A stretch of DNA of 64,000 nucleotides, from the NCBI RefSeq assembly GCF_963921235.1, contig NC_086097.1, positions 193,194,001 through 193,258,000 of the forward strand, given 5' to 3'. Both the position numbers and the translations under genes were made by a program. The notes beneath the pieces are model-generated. The model was not told where the DNA came from, ran no database searches, and saw only the letters and a program-made list of their open reading frames with translations. Each line of letters starts with the position of its first letter. Within the stretch, counting starts at the first letter, position 1. Shown here piece after piece: positions 63,733 to 64,000 of the stretch. This DNA comes from Mobula hypostoma. Taxonomy: Eukaryota.

Positions 63733-63948
63733 GAGAAAAGGATTCCCCCTCCCGTGCCAAAGAAGCCCCCAAAGGGTCAGGTACCCCTGAAACGTGAAAA
63801 GTCGCTTGATGCCACAGAGAAACAAAGGCAGGAAGCACGGAAGCGTCTAATGGCTGCCAAACGGGCTGCATCAGTAAGACAGAATTCTGCCACAGAGAGT
63901 GCAGACAGTATTGAGATTTATATCCCAGAGGCCCAGACCAGACTATAA
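63733..63948 (+). CDS. DLGAP1: DLGAP terminal coding exon, ending in the Shank-PDZ-binding motif QTRL and TAA
   Basis: Acceptor ttatttctgcag|GAG. Reads EKRIPPPVPKKPPKG...QRQEARKRLMAAKRAASVRQNSATESADSIEIYIPEAQTRL*, the canonical SAPAP C-terminus. Confidence 0.96.
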   Translation, partial: EKRIPPPVPKKPPKGQVPLKREKSLDATEKQRQEARKRLMAAKRAASVRQNSATESADSIEIYIPEAQTRL

Positions 63949-64000
63949 ACTGCACTGCAGAGGAATGGTGATAACTTTAAATCACAGAGCTGGTTGTAAC

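Noticed and set aside
1..64000. CRISPR array, tRNA/rRNA genes, bacterial operon or viral insert
   Set aside because: No regularly spaced repeat-spacer array, cloverleaf, rRNA-like or non-retroelement viral ORF was recognised.

Overview
Eukaryotic (vertebrate) genomic DNA. The repeat families suggest a cartilaginous fish, probably a batoid; this is inference only. The window holds the last four coding exons of a + strand DLGAP/SAPAP/GKAP postsynaptic scaffold gene, most like DLGAP1 with some DLGAP4-like residues. The exons are 12492-12901, 56723-56814, 57089-57241 and 63733-63948, with GT-AG junctions in consistent phase, ending in the PDZ ligand -QTRL*. Everything else is intron, including one of 43.8 kb, and is dominated by decayed and nested transposons: many CR1-like LINEs, Rex1/Babar-like LINEs, an RTE tail, a Tx1/L1, two Gypsy elements, Tc1-like MITEs and about ten Penelope-like (PLE) pieces. 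Most ORFs in the track are TE fragments or antisense noise. Main observations: (1) The PLE terminal repeats carry minimal type-I hammerhead ribozyme motifs. Three core-intact copies cluster at 33.7-37.2 kb, all antisense to the host gene, while all four sense-strand copies are disabled. (2) Several retroelement junctions carry fold-back inverted duplications, including a CR1 insertion flanked by a ~90-bp inverted copy of its own target flank. (3) Paralog identity of the host gene is mosaic. No prokaryotic-type system (CRISPR, operon) is present.
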